Positions 1-12,731 are shown, counted from the first letter of the whole stretch. The stretch: 63,004 nt of DNA, filler included, from Sphacelaria rigidula (GCA_964200075.2; 10 parts of 10 records of this genome joined end to end with filler, not necessarily neighbours in it), one strand, 5' to 3'. Made by a program: numbers and translations. The notes: generated from the sequence alone by a model not told the origin.

Positions 1-1560
1 TGGTGGTTTTTTTTTTTGGATAGCCAGTTCCAAGTGCTCCCGGTGTTTTGCAGCTAATTTGCTGATGTGGTAGTATTTGTTTTCCCGTGTTGATGGATTA
101 TGAGCTATTCCTGATGGGTCCGTCGGCACATGTTTTGAGTGCACTTTCGGAAATCCGATGCGGTTGGCGAGAGTCCCTGGCAACATCGATTTGCTGCAGC
201 TCATAGACGGGAGGCGCTCCATGGGCTTCGTGCAAGAGAATTTGTTATGATTTGCTGCCATCGAGGGTGAGATCATGGAACAGAATCCAGGGTCCAACCA
301 CGTTTTGCGACTTTTCTCGGCATGAAAAGGCGGGGTATCGGCAATCATATCACACGCGATGACTTGCGCTTTAAAAAAACCCGACGGGAACTGCGGCGAA
401 GTTTTTGAACAGAAAAGTGATTTTAAGATATCCACGAGTCCCGAGTCCACACGACGAATGGTGGCATCAACTGCATTTGCGAATGAATGAATTCGGGCAC
501 CTGGCTAATTCGTATCTTTGACTCGAATCGCACGACTCACACTAGCTTGGAGACATCTTGAACGGTGCATTTTTCCACAAATGCGACCTATGGGCCAGCG
601 CGCAACATTTTAAAACATTATTCTGCCGTTCCATTCAGGCAATGGGTGGCAGGAATGTTCCGACATGCTACACATGTAAACTTTTCGTCTCATTATCGGA
701 ACCGGCGAAGCGAGACATGTTATGAATAAAACGTCACTCTCAATCGTACTTTCAACGCTCGATTTCACGGAAACATTTTTAGGTTTTCCGGCAGGATTTT
801 GCACCAATGTGCGAGGTAAGCGTTTTGTCCATTAATGATGCCGAAACACCCGGCCGCTGAAAGCCATGGAAAGCCTGCTCTCAATCGTGTCGTAGATTCT
901 CAATCTCACGAAAACATTGTTCATCATATTCAAAGTCGAGGCGATTTCACCCCTCGCTAGTTGACAAATATTTTTCGGAAATTCATAGTTTGCGCAGGTG
1001 CTGATGTATCACGAACAACACTGACCCTAACCCTAGCCCCAACCCCAACGAAGACATACCGAGAACCCTCGGGCACGGTGGGTGCAACGTGTTCCCTCGG
1101 AGAAGTATGCGTTGCCAGACCTCAAATCGGCGCCCCAGGCGCCAATTTAGACAAAAACGCGTTCTGCGCACGCCAGGAGCACGCCAGGAGCACAGACAGC
1201 GGTACTGGTAGTCCATCTGGATCACGCATACTTTTTTCAAGTGGTTATTGATGCCGATTCAGCAGGTGACCTACCCTCGGGGTCAAAGGGTTAAAGATTC
1301 GGGTTTCGGTGTCCACACAAAAATCCAATACTGCACCTCTCCACAAGCCGTAAATTTGCAAGGATTATCTTGAAATACGAAGTGGTAAAATCTACTCTCA
1401 AAATCGAAGCCTTGAGTGAGAACGACTGCCAGGGATATCAGGTCCCAAAGGGAATTTATTTTCAAAAAATGAATATTTCTTCGTCCATCAATGTCTCTTC
1501 CCCCGCGCCCTACAGCCCACTCGCCGCCATGTCACTCCTTCACCCACGTCTTAGACAAAG

Positions 1561-2360
1561 ATGGCTCCCCCAAAACCAACAACGCGAGAGGGAAAACCAA
1601 GTTTGCATAGAAAGAACCAGTTATTGTCGGCAAATTGGCCCTCCTCGACGACGAAGCGAAATCCTTCTTCGCTACACTATCCGAGTACGACAAAGATGCT
1701 CTCATGTCGCTCGATCGCGATACTTTCCAAACCGTTATCGAGGAAATGATAAATGATGAAGAGTCGCACGACAAGTCGCCTTCTGCCATGAAGAAGAAGA
1801 GGCAGGAAGATGGTGTTTACAAGCAACAGGCCACGTTTCAGATCCAGGCGGATCACGACGGCTGCATCGTCTGCGGCAACCTGACCCTCACGTGGTTCAA
1901 GTTCAATTACCTGTAAGTCCTTTTGCGCCTTCCCCGTTTCGTGCTTGTTTCCCATGATGAAAATTAGTCATGCTTGGATAACCTCCGTACAGACAGTAGC
2001 AATGCTAGCGGAACCTTCGTCCTGACAGTCTGTGACAGTCTGGCAGCCGGCAAGGTGGTTGTAGTAGTGTCCTTCTAGCGATATCAACTTACAGTACACA
2101 GGAGCAGTGTTCGCAGGTGAATATTTCGGCGATTGCGCCTCACCTGCAGTTTGCCCAGATGTTGTGGATTTTTTCTCGATATCGCCGAGAAACATTAATA
2201 CATACATGTACATGTGGAAACATACCAGACTCTTCGTCACATCATAAGTCGAGATGTACCAGACCCTGCATTATATATGGAAAGTGTACCCAACCGTGGG
2301 CAGACGATTTCTACAGTCAGTACGAACCCGATGTTGGAAGTGAAATGCATACAATGTGTT
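1561..2360 (+). pseudogene. Possible degenerate intron-containing coding region of unknown, perhaps transposon-derived, product
   Basis: Protein-like ORF 1635-1916 ends at a strong donor CT|GTAAGT (~1913). An upstream frame-shifted MAPPKP start and downstream Cys-rich pieces (HTCTCG..C) carry stops. No family recognised. Confidence 0.25.
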
Positions 2361-2362
2361 GT

Positions 2363-2425
2363 GTGTGTTGTCGTCCCATGAATTCTGGACGCCCGTCTCC
2401 ACCTCTCGGTGTGTGGGCGCACCAG
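2363..2425 (-). mobile_element. 3' fragment of tRNA-derived SINE family C
   Basis: gtgttgtcgtcccatgaattctggacgcccgtctccacctctcggtgtgtgggcgcaccag matches the 3' ends of the copies at 6145-6211, 33250-33547, 37866-37937 and 50172-50385. Confidence 0.65.
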
Positions 2426-4130
2426 TCGCGGCTGTGTTACCATACAGCTTCGCCCAAAATACAGGCAGCCATTACAGCGGCGGAGGCGGACTTTCATTCC
2501 TGCGTGCGCCACCTGGGGCAAACGGACGCTGTAGCTGCAACACGGACAGCTTTACAAAATGTGACGTAGCGATATAGCGCTACTTCACACCAAGACTGTA
2601 AAGCTGTCCGTGTTGCAATTAACTGTAGCGCGCGGCATGGTATCCTGCGTACATATTTGCCGCAGATACAGGCGGCTGCACTCATGATGTGGCGAACTGC
2701 ATAGGACAACGCGAAATCAGTGCAGGACAGGGATAGACTAAGGATGTCACGCCCTGCGGTGTGCTTTGTCACCCTGCACCCTACCGCTGTGCAGTGAGCA
2801 GGTAATACCGCCGTATGCGTCACGCCGCGGTTGGTACACAGTAGTGTCGCCTCCACACCCGAGAGGTAACATCTGCATTGAAATTCCATAAAACGCATTG
2901 AATGAAATTACCGGCGCGGAGAGCTTTATTTTCGAGCAGCACGCGCGGTAGCGTTTTCCGTGTTGTCGACATCGTGCCAGCGCGCTTGTGCACTGAAGCG
3001 CTGTACTCCCCTGTGGCAGCCCGTCAGGGTATTGCTCCCCATGTTTCATGACGCTTTATTCGAAAACACCCAGAAGAGATGCCAGCGAGTCCATCGTTGT
3101 TGCACTTGGATTGTGGGGGACCAGTTGTTTTTGGATAGAACCCCTGCATGCTGGGTGTTGTACCAAATAGTATACCGTACCAGCTTGAAAATGGATATGC
3201 AGTATATATACGCAACCGACATGTTCTGGTTATCATAAACTGTGTACGAGGCGCGGGAAATGTAATTTTTGTCAAAAAATGCAAGGACGCAACCATACTC
3301 AAGTACAGGCAGTATGAAGCACGTGATTCGAACGAGACACAAGACGAAGCATTCACATTGTGATAAATACCTGGGCGTTTCGGTACTGAAACAAGTCCAC
3401 CGGTCCCTCCACTGTCGCAGGAGAAAAGTATGCATTAGTTAGGTGTTGCAAGGAAGTCTCTAGATGGGTTGCGTCGTGTACGTAAGGCATCGTAGGACCC
3501 CGTGCTACAGTTTACAGCGGCTATAGTTATGATGCAAACTCGCTACTTCACACCAAGACCATGCATACCTCTTGCCTGTCGAGTCGATTTGCTAGCTCTG
3601 GAGAAGGGCGGCACGCACTGAGCACTGCGTATAGCATGTAGGTTATCCTTGGTGAAGGGTGGGTGATGTTGCATTCAGTGTCCAGCAGTGGTGTAGTGCA
3701 GTTCAGTTATCGTGAGACGATATGACATATTTGCCCTCGGATTGCAATGGGTTTTGGTCTCTCTTTCTTTCTATGATCTCGTGTACGCTTACGGGAGGTG
3801 GCGTCTTTATCTTTCATGAATCGTCATTGGGCTGAAGAATGGCTCGGCAGACCCGCAATCGCATCACCCTATAGCCTTCTATTCAGGGTCATCATCCACC
3901 CTGTAACACCACTACCTACCGTACGAAGATAGCAAGGGATGGACGAATCAATGATTTTTAGTGTAATTACAAATCAATCCTCAGGCTTTGTTTTCAGCGT
4001 TGCAATCTCAGGTACGCGTAGCCCAGGCACGTGGAATGGCGCAACGGTTGCGTGGAGACCTGTTTGACCAGCGGTCGACTCCTTCTCTCTTTCGAACAAT
4101 CAGGCCTACGAGCTGGGCCAGGCTAGAGGC

Positions 4131-4436
4131 GGATTTGAAGTTTGCAGGCAAATGCGCCGGCCAATATTTAGAGTTGGAGCGTAAAATTTGGCATGGACAA
4201 TGCATAGGGCATAAAAAACAATATTGAAGCTCCAAAAGGTTTTTCCACTTTTTTCGTGAGTTAAGGGCATTTTACTGATACCTGAAAACTGATGATTGCC
4301 CTTCCTTAATTCAAGGAAAAAAACAAACCTTCTGGTGCTTCTTCAAGATATATTTTTTACGCCCTATGCATTGTCCATACCAAATTTTACGCTCCAACTC
4401 TAAATATTGGCCGGTGCATTTGCCTTTCGAAATCCG
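4131..4436. mobile_element. MITE-like element with long terminal inverted repeats
   Basis: aggcaaatgcgccggccaatatttagagttggagcgtaaaatttggcatggacaatgcatagggc (4146-4210) is the near-perfect reverse complement of 4361-4425. The interior is AT-rich and non-coding. Confidence 0.75.
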
Positions 4437-6144
4437 GGTCGGTAGAATATCGGAGCAGTATTTCGCAGGCCACTCACCGGCCCACGTTTGGTGTTTGTGT
4501 ATTGAAATTTTGTGTGAATCCTCGCTAGGGTATAATCAACACAATTCCGTGGGTCAATGTTTTGTTCATCATTTCCTTTTTTTGTTTTGGGCGTTTTAGT
4601 ATGGTAACGACCACGTTTTTACGAGAACACCCGAATCTCTCCCCCCCCCCAAAATGAAGGCCCATTTTGTTTTAGGAGAGTTTCGGGCGTTCTCTATGCC
4701 ACACACGCGCCCATTCGACTACCCCCTTACAATACTATACCGCGATCTCCCTCGTGTCGAGGGTAAAGTGACCCTCCCGACGATGAGAATTCCCTCTAGA
4801 GGGTGTTCATACTCGGTTTCGGTTATAAAACGAATCCTCTGGAGGGCATCTGATGCTTCAGTGACTTCTGAGGTCTGAATCCCTCTAGAGTACCAAGAAT
4901 ATGGTGCTCTGGAGCACGTGGTTTTCGTCAACGTCCCTTAGAGGGAAATATGAACAGCAGAGGGAAATATGAGCATCATTCCTCTGGAGGAGGGATCGCC
5001 TATGGCCTCTACGGCATTTGTTGCGACTCCGGAGGACATGACCGTGCAGTATCCTCCAGCGTGTACATTTACACTGGTACACTTGTTTCCTAACCGCTTC
5101 CAGGGCACCGTTAGGACTATCATGCCAGATATAATACCACCGCAATTGTCCTGCAGCAAAGAGTACGAGTTGGGTGCAGGGATATAGATACACGCTGCAG
5201 TAGTTGGGTATGATGTACGTCTTGTTGGTGGAAGTTTAAACTTGAGCATCTTCTTCCATGGTCGTAGAGTCGCGCGGTGCCGGAACCATGCGCGGGGTAG
5301 GATGCGAGCAATAACCGGCGGTTTACTGCATACGTACCCACCGACAGTGCAGGCAGACAAGGCTGCGGACACTGTTCAAGTCCTTTTCACGTCACACTGT
5401 AAGCAGAAAACATACATACAGTCCTGGGCAATCTGTACTGTACTTTGCCCGCTTCCCCTTCACGTTCAATTGACTGCAGCGGGGGGCATGTGAGCATGCT
5501 GCAAGAACGGGCGTTGTGATGAATACTCAGTAGCTGATGGTATATATCACCCCCATGCACACAAAGTTACAGGCATCCACTTTGTTTAGCCATACGTGGC
5601 GCATATGCCGCGCTAACTCTGCAGTATATTGCTCTGCACGTAAGTAAGCACGATATGGTACTGTCCTGCACGGCATTGTACAGTTCAGTACAGCACCAAA
5701 CCGTGCTTATTGCTGTGGTCGTGATATCGCCATCAAAGAGCGCAGTGTACAATCGCCATCGAAGTTTTTCGCGTGTTCAATAAAAAAGGGCTTTGATATT
5801 ATTGAAATGGTAGACACGAGACTATGGGGTTTTCAAAACCTGTATGTATACATATATGAGGTTCATGCAGGTGTAGTACCATAACCACAAGCTAAAGCTA
5901 CATAGCATGGCTGTGTGTACATACACTCGCAATCGGTGTATGGGATCGGTAACCAGCGGAGGCTGTTGAAGACTTCGATCTCTTTGCCCAATTGATATAT
6001 GAATTGGGGGGCAAGAGGACAAGTTTTCAACACTTTTTGCTGCCTTCCGAATCCCATTCACTGATACCGTGCAGTATGTGGGACTTGAACGGCAAAAGCT
6101 GCTCGCAACTAAGTTCCTTTTTTGCCCAATTTCAGGTATTGTGT

Positions 6145-6211
6145 TGTGTTGTGTTGTCGTCCCATTTATTCTGGGCACCAGTCTACACCTTTCGGTGTAT
6201 GTGGGTGCATC
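6145..6211 (-). mobile_element. 3' end of SINE family C, cut by the contig end
   Basis: Near-identical in reverse complement to 37866-37925, with an (ACAAC)n-like tail on the minus strand. Confidence 0.7.
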
Positions 6212-6311
6212 NNNNNNNNNNNNNNNNNNNNNNNNNNNNNNNNNNNNNNNNNNNNTTAATTAATTAANNNNNNNNNNNNNNNNNNNNNNNNNNNNNNNNN
6301 NNNNNNNNNNN
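6212..6311. other. Artificial contig linker (N44-TTAATTAATTAA-N44); identical linkers at 12523-12622, 18834-18933, 25145-25244, 31456-31555, 37766-37865, 44076-44175, 50386-50485, 56696-56795
   Basis: Identical 100-nt spacer with stop codons in all six frames. The flanking contigs decrease in length 6211, 6210, 6209, as expected for a size-sorted concatenation. Confidence 0.98.
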
Positions 6312-6388
6312 GTACTCATTTCTTGCTTGCCTTAGTCGTTTGACCATTGACCACGCATCCCTTTCGAGACGGAGCGGGGGGGGGGGGT
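6312..6388 (+). repeat. Dispersed repeat family A (poly-G/GTACTCAT...GACGGAGC); other copies at 25100-25144, 25356-25415, 25450-25490, 35626-35688(-), 40245-40307(-), 43955-44075(-), 44281-44400, 48075-48131(-)
   Basis: Core gtactcatttgttgcttgccttagtcgtttgaccattgaccacgcatccctttcgagacggagc recurs on six different contigs, usually next to a G/C homopolymer. Confidence 0.9.
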
Positions 6389-7029
6389 TAGATCGATTAC
6401 ATACGCAAGTGGGAGCATGCAATCAAGAACTGTCGCCTAGACGGTACCAACACCTACTTCTACTGCGTTCGGCGCTGCCCAATATCAGCGGTTGATCGTG
6501 CTGCACGAGCCTAACCAGTGTGCTAAGGCGCACTTCAACGGCGTTGCGCGTTGGCCAAACTCAACTGCTACGTCCAAGCGTAGCAAGTGTATATATTGAT
6601 GGGCTTATGGATGAGTTCGCAAATAAATCCATGTCAAACTATTCGCCGATGGATGTACGGACCCATGAACCATCGCTAGAGTGCACCGGTGTCGTGCAAC
6701 ACAGACTACACTAACACCTGCCAAAGCTGACTCGCAAAAACGGGACTCGTTTCCTCCTTGCGTATCCAACGATACCCCGAGTGGTGCCACACTCGATGTT
6801 ATTCAAAATATCACCTGATCACCCTTGACAGCCTGGTGTGGTGCTCGTAGAATTGGTCGATCATCTCGTTGGACAGGTGGTCCAGCGGCGCTCGGTCATA
6901 GTCATTGTGCCGTACCTGCTCATATAGCAAACAGCAATCAAATGAGAAAAAAAATCGCATGGAAAATGTTATAGAAGTTCATGTAAAATGCATTTATTCA
7001 TTTTTTATCCAATTATATGTGTGTTCATC

Positions 7030-7367
7030 TATTTATTCACTCTATTTATTTATTTGTCGCACGTTGAACCCATCCTCTTCCTCGGGATGAGTTCGTGGTC
7101 TCAAGAAATCAATCAATCTCTCCCCGGTACACGCCTTGCACCTTGGTCTCGCGGATTGGGTCATGACTATCAGCACTACCGCACCGCGTCAACTCTTGCC
7201 GAACAAACTCAGTCCACTGCTTTTGGTTTACTCGCGTACTCACGCTCTCGACCGTGGAAATCAGTTACTTGGAAAAAAGACCGAACGCACCAGGAGTCGA
7301 ACCCAAACCCTTTCCACACTAATGGTGACAGTCGGACAATTTTAATTTGCACCACCGGGGCGCGGTG
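7030..7367 (-). mobile_element. tRNA-derived SINE (second family)
   Basis: Minus strand begins gtcaccgcgccccggtggtgcaaatt (A-box-like), has B box GGTTCGACTCC, an unrelated body and an (AAAT)n-like tail near 7030-7055. Confidence 0.6.
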
Positions 7368-7442
7368 ACATATATATATATATATATACACACAAGGTTC
7401 CCCTTCGGGAGGTTGGTGGTGACGCAAGTCGAAAATATATGG

Positions 7443-8057
7443 TCAAGAGAGGCTGTTGTATTTCAACGTACAGAAGTGATCGTGGCTGTACAAAAATATT
7501 GCACGTCTTATCGGATGGTGGCTCCGAATCAGGTTCACAAACTTGAGTAACACGGATGTGAAGATTGTACAATTGTTTGGCGGCAATATTTTCGGCATGT
7601 GTGGCATATGTGTATGGATGCGACATGAGCTGAAGGTGATGTTAAACACTATCGTACGTTTGGCCGCGACAACCAGCAGTCCGTATCTGTTGGAAATCAG
7701 TTCCAGCCGAGATTGAAACGTACAGTGTCATCCCCCCAGAATCTGGAATTGGATCGTGGAGGTGTTCGGAAATGTGTTGGATAAGTTGCATCTCACTGAT
7801 ATGTGCGCATTTCGTTCGTTGAAAACTCATTGGACAATACATCGTAGCAAGGAAGCCCCGTCTCCAGTTTCATTGACTAATTTCCAAGTTCCTGGCGGAT
7901 GCTGTTGGTCATCGTAACCATGGTTGCCATCATTGTGGCCGCCACGGCCGCTGTCACCGTCACCGCTGTTGGAGCCTGTGTCACCGCTATCTCCATCACC
8001 ACCGCCATTCTTGCCGCCTGAAGCAGTCTGGTTGTTACCATGACCGCGACGAGACAT
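7443..8057 (-). pseudogene. OTU-like cysteine protease (deubiquitinase) pseudogene with a Gly/Asp-rich N-terminus
   Basis: Stitched translation: WKLVNETGDGASLLRCIVQ*VFNERNAHISVR / MQLIQHISEHL...LMSHPYTYATHAENIAAKQLYNLHIRV... / LYSHDHFCTLKY. This follows the OTU motif order GDGxCLFR, HxxVR, MSxxxTW/YxxxxExxAAxxLY, LxYxxxHY/F. Two stops, two frameshifts, catalytic Cys reads Ser. Confidence 0.65.
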
Positions 8058-8675
8058 TGCAATATCAAAGACTGTAGGAGGTTGCCCTGTGGCAGCAACG
8101 ATAAATTCCCAATACACAATGTTATGAACGTGTGGGAAACCGTCTTAGAGACGATCCTCTTCGGGTTAGGGTTAGGGTAACCTAGGCCGACGGCGGAACC
8201 GCCGGCGTAGGACATGTGTGGTATTCCCGAGGTGCTGGAGTGCGAAGTAGTTCTCGTGTCACAAAGACATGACAGCTGGAGGCACCCCCCGAAAAATTCT
8301 TGGCATTTTTTTTGTCACTTGGGAAGCTCGCCGGTTTGTTCCTTCAGTGCTTCGCCTTTTCGCTGCAAACGAGAGTTTGAGTTTCTCTGGACAAAAGAGT
8401 GGCTTTGGCTAGCTGTTGGAATGCGTGGAGCATTCCTGGCATGTTCTTTCTGACTTGGGAAGCTCGCGGATATGTTCTTTAAGTGCTTCGCTTCTTATCT
8501 GCACATGAGAGATGCGTTTTTTTTCAAACCGGCCGAACGTTTCACCGGGCCTTTCCTGTTACAACTCTACGTACTACGTGCTTTGGGTGCTACTATCCGC
8601 GCTTGTAAGGTGCTGCATTTTTCCAGCCCCGCCCGAGAGAGAAAACACTGATGTAGTACGACCGAAGTGGAAGTG

Positions 8676-9187
8676 TGTGGTGTTGCCAGATAATGTCACC
8701 TAGCTAGCTTCCCACCTAGCCATATAATCCGCTCGCGTGCGGTAGTCCTTGGTACACGAGCATGAAATTATTCTTGTGTTCGGGGAGAAACCCCCGAGCC
8801 CTCCAAACTCATGGTTGCGGACTTACTGTGCTGCAAGGTCTTGTTTCGAAGATGAATAGTATAGCAACCCCCGAGCCCTCCAAACCCATGGTTGCGGATT
8901 TATCGATATGTACGGTCCTGTTTCGAAAATATACGGTATAGTTTGTGGTGTTGCCAGATAATGTCGCCTAGCCATATAACCCGCTCGCGTGTGGTAGTCG
9001 TTAATGCACGTGCATGAAATTATTCTTGTGTTCGGGGAAACACCCCCGAGCCCTCGAAACCCATGGTTGCGGACTTACTGAACTGTATGGTCTTGTTTCG
9101 AAGATGAATAGTATAGAAACCCTCGAGCCCTCCAAACCCATGGTTGCTGACTTACTGAACTGTACGGTCCTGTTTCGAAAATACATA
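8676..9187 (+). repeat. Nested tandem duplication: two ~250-265 bp units, each holding two ~78-bp subunits; third partial head near 9748-9820
   Basis: gtggtgttgccagataatgtc(a/g)cctagc starts each unit. ccgagccctc(c/g)aaacccatggttgcggacttactg occurs four times. Confidence 0.85.
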
Positions 9188-12100
9188 CTTCCTCTGGTCG
9201 GAAGTGTAAGCTCGAATCAATTTGGTGGAAATATAAGCTCGTTCGGGATGACTCTCTTACCAGGACCGTTTTCTGGCTGGGGACCACCTAGTGCTCTCTC
9301 AATGACTGATGGGTTCGTGAGTTTCGACAAAAAAATGGTGGCGGGGAAAGCATAATTTCATCCCCAGGGTTAGTGACGCGAGATAACACCCCCCCAGAGT
9401 GCCTGTCTTCTTCTGGGGCGACTGACTGCTGTAATGATCGCCTCCCGGACATCTCGGTATTGCGCGATTTTCCATAACGCTAGGAGAACCACTGTGAGCA
9501 AGTTTCCGAAAGTGTTTGGCCGGAATCCATTCAACCGGAGATTTTCCGGTGTGTATTTCCCTGTTCTTCCAGAGAGTGTCAGTAGTTCGATGTTGGGCTT
9601 TCATAAAAAAAAGTCGGTTTCCGGCGTTTCTCCAGGTCATAAGGAAACTAAAAAAAAAGTTCGGGAAAACTCCTTCATGGGCCCCTGATATTCACAGTTT
9701 CCTCCAAGCGAGCTTACATTCCCAGCCAGAGGCAGTAGTAGAGTTTGCGGTGTTGCCAGATAATGTCGCCTAGCTAGCTAGCTACCAAGCCATGTATTCC
9801 GCAGAGTGGTAGTTCTTGTCTGAAACGATTGCACATCACTGTGGCTTCCACATCACCGGGACTTTTTTTCAAACAGGGTGATTGTTTTTTGCGTCGAAAC
9901 TTTCCTGTGCTGCCGTGCTGCTGTGCCTTATTCAACTCGCCAACGGCCGATTGCACCGTCTTATGTTTTGCTGCTGACTAAGGCAGAGGCAATGCTCAAT
10001 TGTTTTCAACTGCTTTGCTCTCATGTTCTCGTGACGTTGGCGACATAACCGGTGTGTTCGTGCTCCCAAATGAGCGACAACGCGACAAAGAGAAACATGG
10101 GGGGGGGGGGGGGGCCCCGCCGAAAGTAATCCTGTTGCAAGTTTTCCAGGATCTTCGACAGGCTTTCGTGGGTTGGGTTCCTGTTTCAAGTTTTCCATTT
10201 TCTTGGAAAGGCTTTTGTGGTTCGGGATGGACACCCCGCGAAAAAGGGCCAGTTTGAGCGACTTTGGTTGGCCAGAGCACGCGCCACAGGTATCAGATGA
10301 TACCCAAACCTGAACGGTAATGTACCGCTGAGCCTTCTTAGTGCACTGCTAAAGAAATCGCGGGGAAAAAAATCTTTCCGCCAGAGAAAACTCGGCAAAA
10401 AAGTGGTGAAAAATGTGAAATGATAAATGTACATATATAGCCAATTCAATCATAGACTCTGCACCCCGTACAGGACCTGATTGTCAAAGGGTCATAGTGC
10501 GAGCAACACCTAAAAAGCTGAAAATCGATGTTTCAGAGTTTATCATTCCTGGACCCAGTACTTGAGTAGCGTATAGATTCTTGCTGAAAGCCTAGAGGTT
10601 TCGATCGCACCCACGTCAAGCGCGGGGTTTGAGGTGGACTGCCACCGTGGCGTGGTGATGGTCGCAGCGGAGGGCACTCCACGATAAAAAATACTCCATA
10701 TCTCAACAGACACGCCAAAAACAAATATGACCATTCCTATTGCTTTGGAAAGTTGATTATTTCCCACGTTTCCATCGACAGGGTACATCATCCATTCACA
10801 GATAAATGCATCCCATAATACCGCCAAAAATTCAAAACACGAACATTTTGCGGATTCCAAATTTCGGGGATAACATACTGCTTCCTCGTTGTTGCTTCAC
10901 AGCGATCAGCCACGCCGAGAGTATATGCCAGTGTTGACGACCCAACAACGAGCCCTGTTGCCCAACATCGGGGCTGCCCGAACCTTTTCAGATGTCACGT
11001 CGCTGAGTGCGACAAAAGTAGCCGAGAAAAAGGCGCTTATCACCTACGCGCTTGACTGCTGTCCGAGAGCCAGTGTTACATGATTTTTGCGTCTTCATAG
11101 CAGCGAGCACTCAAACCAGCGCATAGGAATCACTGCACTTTAACCGCACAGCACAGTACCGTGAAGTACGGGAATTCCTATACTTGTGCAGTTCGGGGGG
11201 CGTGAGTTGCTCAGAGTATCGAGGGCAGCAGACACACGAACGGGGGTGTCGTGTGTAACATCCCAACCACTTGTGGAGAAGTGACCGTATAGCCGGTCGT
11301 ACAGTACAGCATACATACACGTGAGGTAGAGGCGGTGAGCAACCGGGCATCGCTGAAAGCTACCATCGATCCGGTTCTCTGCGGCCACGGCCAGCACCTG
11401 ACCGCGCCGGCTTCACCACGATTGCTATGGCGACTACATAGGGTGTCCATTTCGTTTATCCTGCTTTCGCTCATGCTCAGGTAGCCGTGAGATGCGCGTG
11501 TAAGTTTGGCTGCGTATCTGCTCTTGGATCTAAATACATCCGCTCGCGACACTTCATTTTTTTTATCTTCTTCATTTGTTCAAGCGGCGGAATGTTTCGA
11601 GAGCTCATCATGAAACCTCCCGTTTTGAGAATTCTCTGCGCTGATCGCCTCGACCCCTGAGTAAGGCTCCTGTCATTTGCCGGTAAGACTGAAAATGGAT
11701 CGAAACATGTCCAAAGAAATAGCTAAAATCAGTCTCTTGATCGCGGCCACCACACGTCAACCTCCCCCGGGTTGGGATACCCCTGCTGCCTCCGAACATC
11801 ACGTTACAAAACACCACACATACCCACCATATCGTCAGGGAGAAGAACGTTCGAAACGGCGGGCGGCATAATCTTCGAAACGTGAAAGGGAAAAGGCTGA
11901 CAACAAGGTGAAGAGAGAAACTCCAAACTGTGTGCGAGCAAAATACGTTGGGTGGATTTATTTAAACGCGCTAGACCTGACCTATAAAGGCGCTTTTTTT
12001 CTTCTTTCCGGTACACAAGCCCTGACGATGTGCGGGTCAAAGATGTGGGGTCCATGTTAACAAAATTGTGGGGACTTCAACACACGTATGTTTCTGGGTA

Positions 12101-12399
12101 AATCCATACCATACTTTGTACAGGTTCCCCTCTAGTGCACAAACGCGAGCGACGTGCTCCCCGCCACCGAAAGCGCGCTGCAAGTTGAACGTGTTTTCGT
12201 GAGATTAAGACTCTAGCGTTGATTGAGAGGGAGTTACATTATCCGCCCTAAGTTGATCACTTTTCCATTCTGTGCGTGCTTTTTTTTGCCTGTAACACTG
12301 TCGTGTGCTCACAGCGGCATGTCGATAGCCTTCTCAGGGATATCAAATCCAGACTTCAGTGGCAAGCTACTACAGAAAACGTATCAGGTTTCGTACAAA

Positions 12400-12522
12400 A
12401 CGTACTCATCATCATGCATGCCATAGTCATGAGACCATTGACCCCGCATCCCTACAAATCCGGGACGAAGCACGCCGGGTTTTCGCTGGACCAGGCTGAC
12501 ATTAGGGGGGGGGGGGGGGGGG
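12400..12522 (+). repeat. Dispersed repeat family B head; other copies at 24079-24178(+), with long copies at 39450-39990(-) and 48165-48650(-)
   Basis: gtactcat..atc(a/g)tgcatgccatagtc..accattgacc(t/c)cgcatccctacaaagccgggacggagcacgccg..ttttcgccggaccaggct is shared by all four and flanked by poly-G/C. Confidence 0.85.
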
Positions 12523-12624
12523 NNNNNNNNNNNNNNNNNNNNNNNNNNNNNNNNNNNNNNNNNNNNTTAATTAATTAANNNNNNNNNNNNNNNNNNNNNN
12601 NNNNNNNNNNNNNNNNNNNNNNCG

Positions 12625-12731
12625 CATCACATTTAGGATTCGAAGATACTTGTATCCGCCCCACATTCAATGAAAACAAAAATCATCTGTACTCAACCGG
12701 ATACAAGAATCTTCGGATCCTCAATGTGATG
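12625..12731. mobile_element. Small MITE-like hairpin element
   Basis: catcacatttaggattcgaagatacttgtatccg pairs with cggatacaagaatcttcggatcctcaatgtgatg. Confidence 0.6.

Noticed and set aside
6256..6267. Regularly spaced TTAATTAATTAA palindrome as a biological site
   Set aside because: It is embedded in N runs and is an artificial six-frame stop linker. ORFs ending XXXLIN are artefacts.
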